64,000 nt of DNA, from the NCBI GenBank assembly GCA_963815115.1, contig CAWFFN010000009.1, positions 1,536,001 to 1,600,000 on the forward strand. The letters run 5' to 3'. The notes beneath the pieces are model-generated. The model saw only the letters and a list, made by a program, of their open reading frames with translations, searched no databases and was not told the DNA's origin. This DNA is from an uncultured delta proteobacterium. Lineage in GTDB: Bacteria; Desulfobacterota; Binatia; DP-6. The translations under genes were made by a program, and so were the position numbers. Every line of letters starts with the position of its first letter. Positions within the stretch are counted from its first letter, which is position 1. This document shows, in pieces, positions 62,986 through 64,000 of this stretch.

Positions 62986-63762
62986 TCACACCCCCCACAG
63001 CGCGGTGATGAGATAGTCGGAGATCAGGACGCTCACCGACGCGACGACGACGGTGGCCGTCGTGGCGGCGCTCACCCCCGCGGACGTGGGCGCGCTGGTG
63101 TAGCCGCGAAAGGTGGAGATCCAGCCGACGAGCACCCCGAACACGCCCGCTTTCAGCAGGCTCCCGCCGAGGTCGTCGCGCAGGTCGAGGGAGGACTCGA
63201 GGCTCGTGAGGTAGGTGCCGCTGTCGACGCCGAGAAGCTTCACTCCCACCAACCAGCCGCCGAAGATGCCGCACACGATGAAGAGCGCCGTCAGCAGCGG
63301 CATCACCAGGATCATGCCGACCGCACGCGGCGCGACGACGTAGTCGACGGGATCGACGGACATCATGCGCAGGCCGTCGAGCTGCTGGGTGGCGACCATG
63401 GTGCCGATCTCCGCCGTCGTTGCCGAGCCGGCGCGGCCGGTCACCAGGAGCGCGGTCAGCACCGGGCCGAGCTCGCGCACCAGACTCAGGCCGACGACCG
63501 CGCCGAGCGACTGCGTGGCCCCGAAGCGTTCGAGCGTGTTGTAGCCCTGGAGGCCGAGCACCATGCCCACCGCCACTCCGCTGACGCAGATGATGAGGAG
63601 CGAGAGGACGCCCAGCTTGTAGACCTCGTCGACGACGTTGCGCAGCCGCCAGGGCGGAGTGACGGCATCCCGGATCACCTCGAGCAGAAACAGCGCCATG
63701 GAGCCGACGTCGGCAACGACCCGCGTCGTCGTGCTGCCGAGCTGGCGGACGGCCGCCACCAT
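62986..63762 (-). CDS. mlaE: MlaE ABC permease
   Basis: RELGPVLTALLVTGRAGSATTAEIGTM, PVDYVVAPR, GVSAATT. Confidence 0.95.
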   Translation of the reverse strand: MVAAVRQLGSTTTRVVADVGSMALFLLEVIRDAVTPPWRLRNVVDEVYKLGVLSLLIICVSGVAVGMVLGLQGYNTLERFGATQSLGAVVGLSLVRELGPVLTALLVTGRAGSATTAEIGTMVATQQLDGLRMMSVDPVDYVVAPRAVGMILVMPLLTALFIVCGIFGGWLVGVKLLGVDSGTYLTSLESSLDLRDDLGGSLLKAGVFGVLVGWISTFRGYTSAPTSAGVSAATTATVVVASVSVLISDYLITALWGV

Positions 63763-64000
63763 CAGATCGCCTCCGGCAGCGCGTCGAGATCGGTGCTCAG
63801 GAACGCGCGCACGCGCGGATCGGTGCTGGCGCGCAGCTCGTCGGGGGCTCCCTGGAAGAAGCCGCCGGGGAGCAGCAGGAGCACGCGCTCGGCCATGCGC
63901 ATGGTGGAGTCGATGTCGTGCGACACCACCACGGTGGTGATGCCGCGCGCGCGGTTGATCTGCGTCAGCAGTAGCTCGATGCGCTTGGACGAGATGGGGT
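63762..64000 (-). CDS. mlaF: MlaF ABC ATPase, C-terminal part only
   Basis: PISSKRIELL..TTVVVSHD (H-loop)..STDPRVRAFL; stop overlaps the mlaE start. Confidence 0.85.
   Translation of the reverse strand, partial: PISSKRIELLLTQINRARGITTVVVSHDIDSTMRMAERVLLLLPGGFFQGAPDELRASTDPRVRAFLSTDLDALPEAI

Overview
High-GC bacterial chromosomal window. Gene content (DUF1800/DUF1501, Cys-rich secreted proteins, several amidohydrolase/LLM/P450 enzymes, hopanoid genes) resembles Binatia or another Deltaproteobacteria-like soil lineage; this is inference only. About 50 genes are recognisable. I found no rRNA, tRNA or CRISPR array. Main elements: (1) a coupled operon at 53.2-61.0 kb that interleaves the upper mevalonate pathway with hopanoid synthesis (mvaA-shc-mvaS-hpnD-hpnE-small ORF-hpnH), has a promoter followed by a perfect 14-bp inverted repeat, lacks hpnC, and faces a convergent MlaFEDAC lipid-transport operon; (2) a separate hopanoid C-3 methylase (hpnR) at 17.6 kb; (3) a secreted beta-propeller/di-heme cytochrome c protein divergent from a DUF1800-DUF1501 pair; (4) an IS-scarred island at 39.6-43.35 kb with two IS30 remnants, an IS630 with intact ends, several gene remnants and an unknown Tat-type glycine-zipper protein; (5) a decaying accessory stretch at 19-27 kb with a sulfatase remnant and a truncated TolC behind an OmpR-type two-component system. 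Several genes carry apparent single-base frameshifts, some in homopolymer runs, which may be assembly errors rather than biology.
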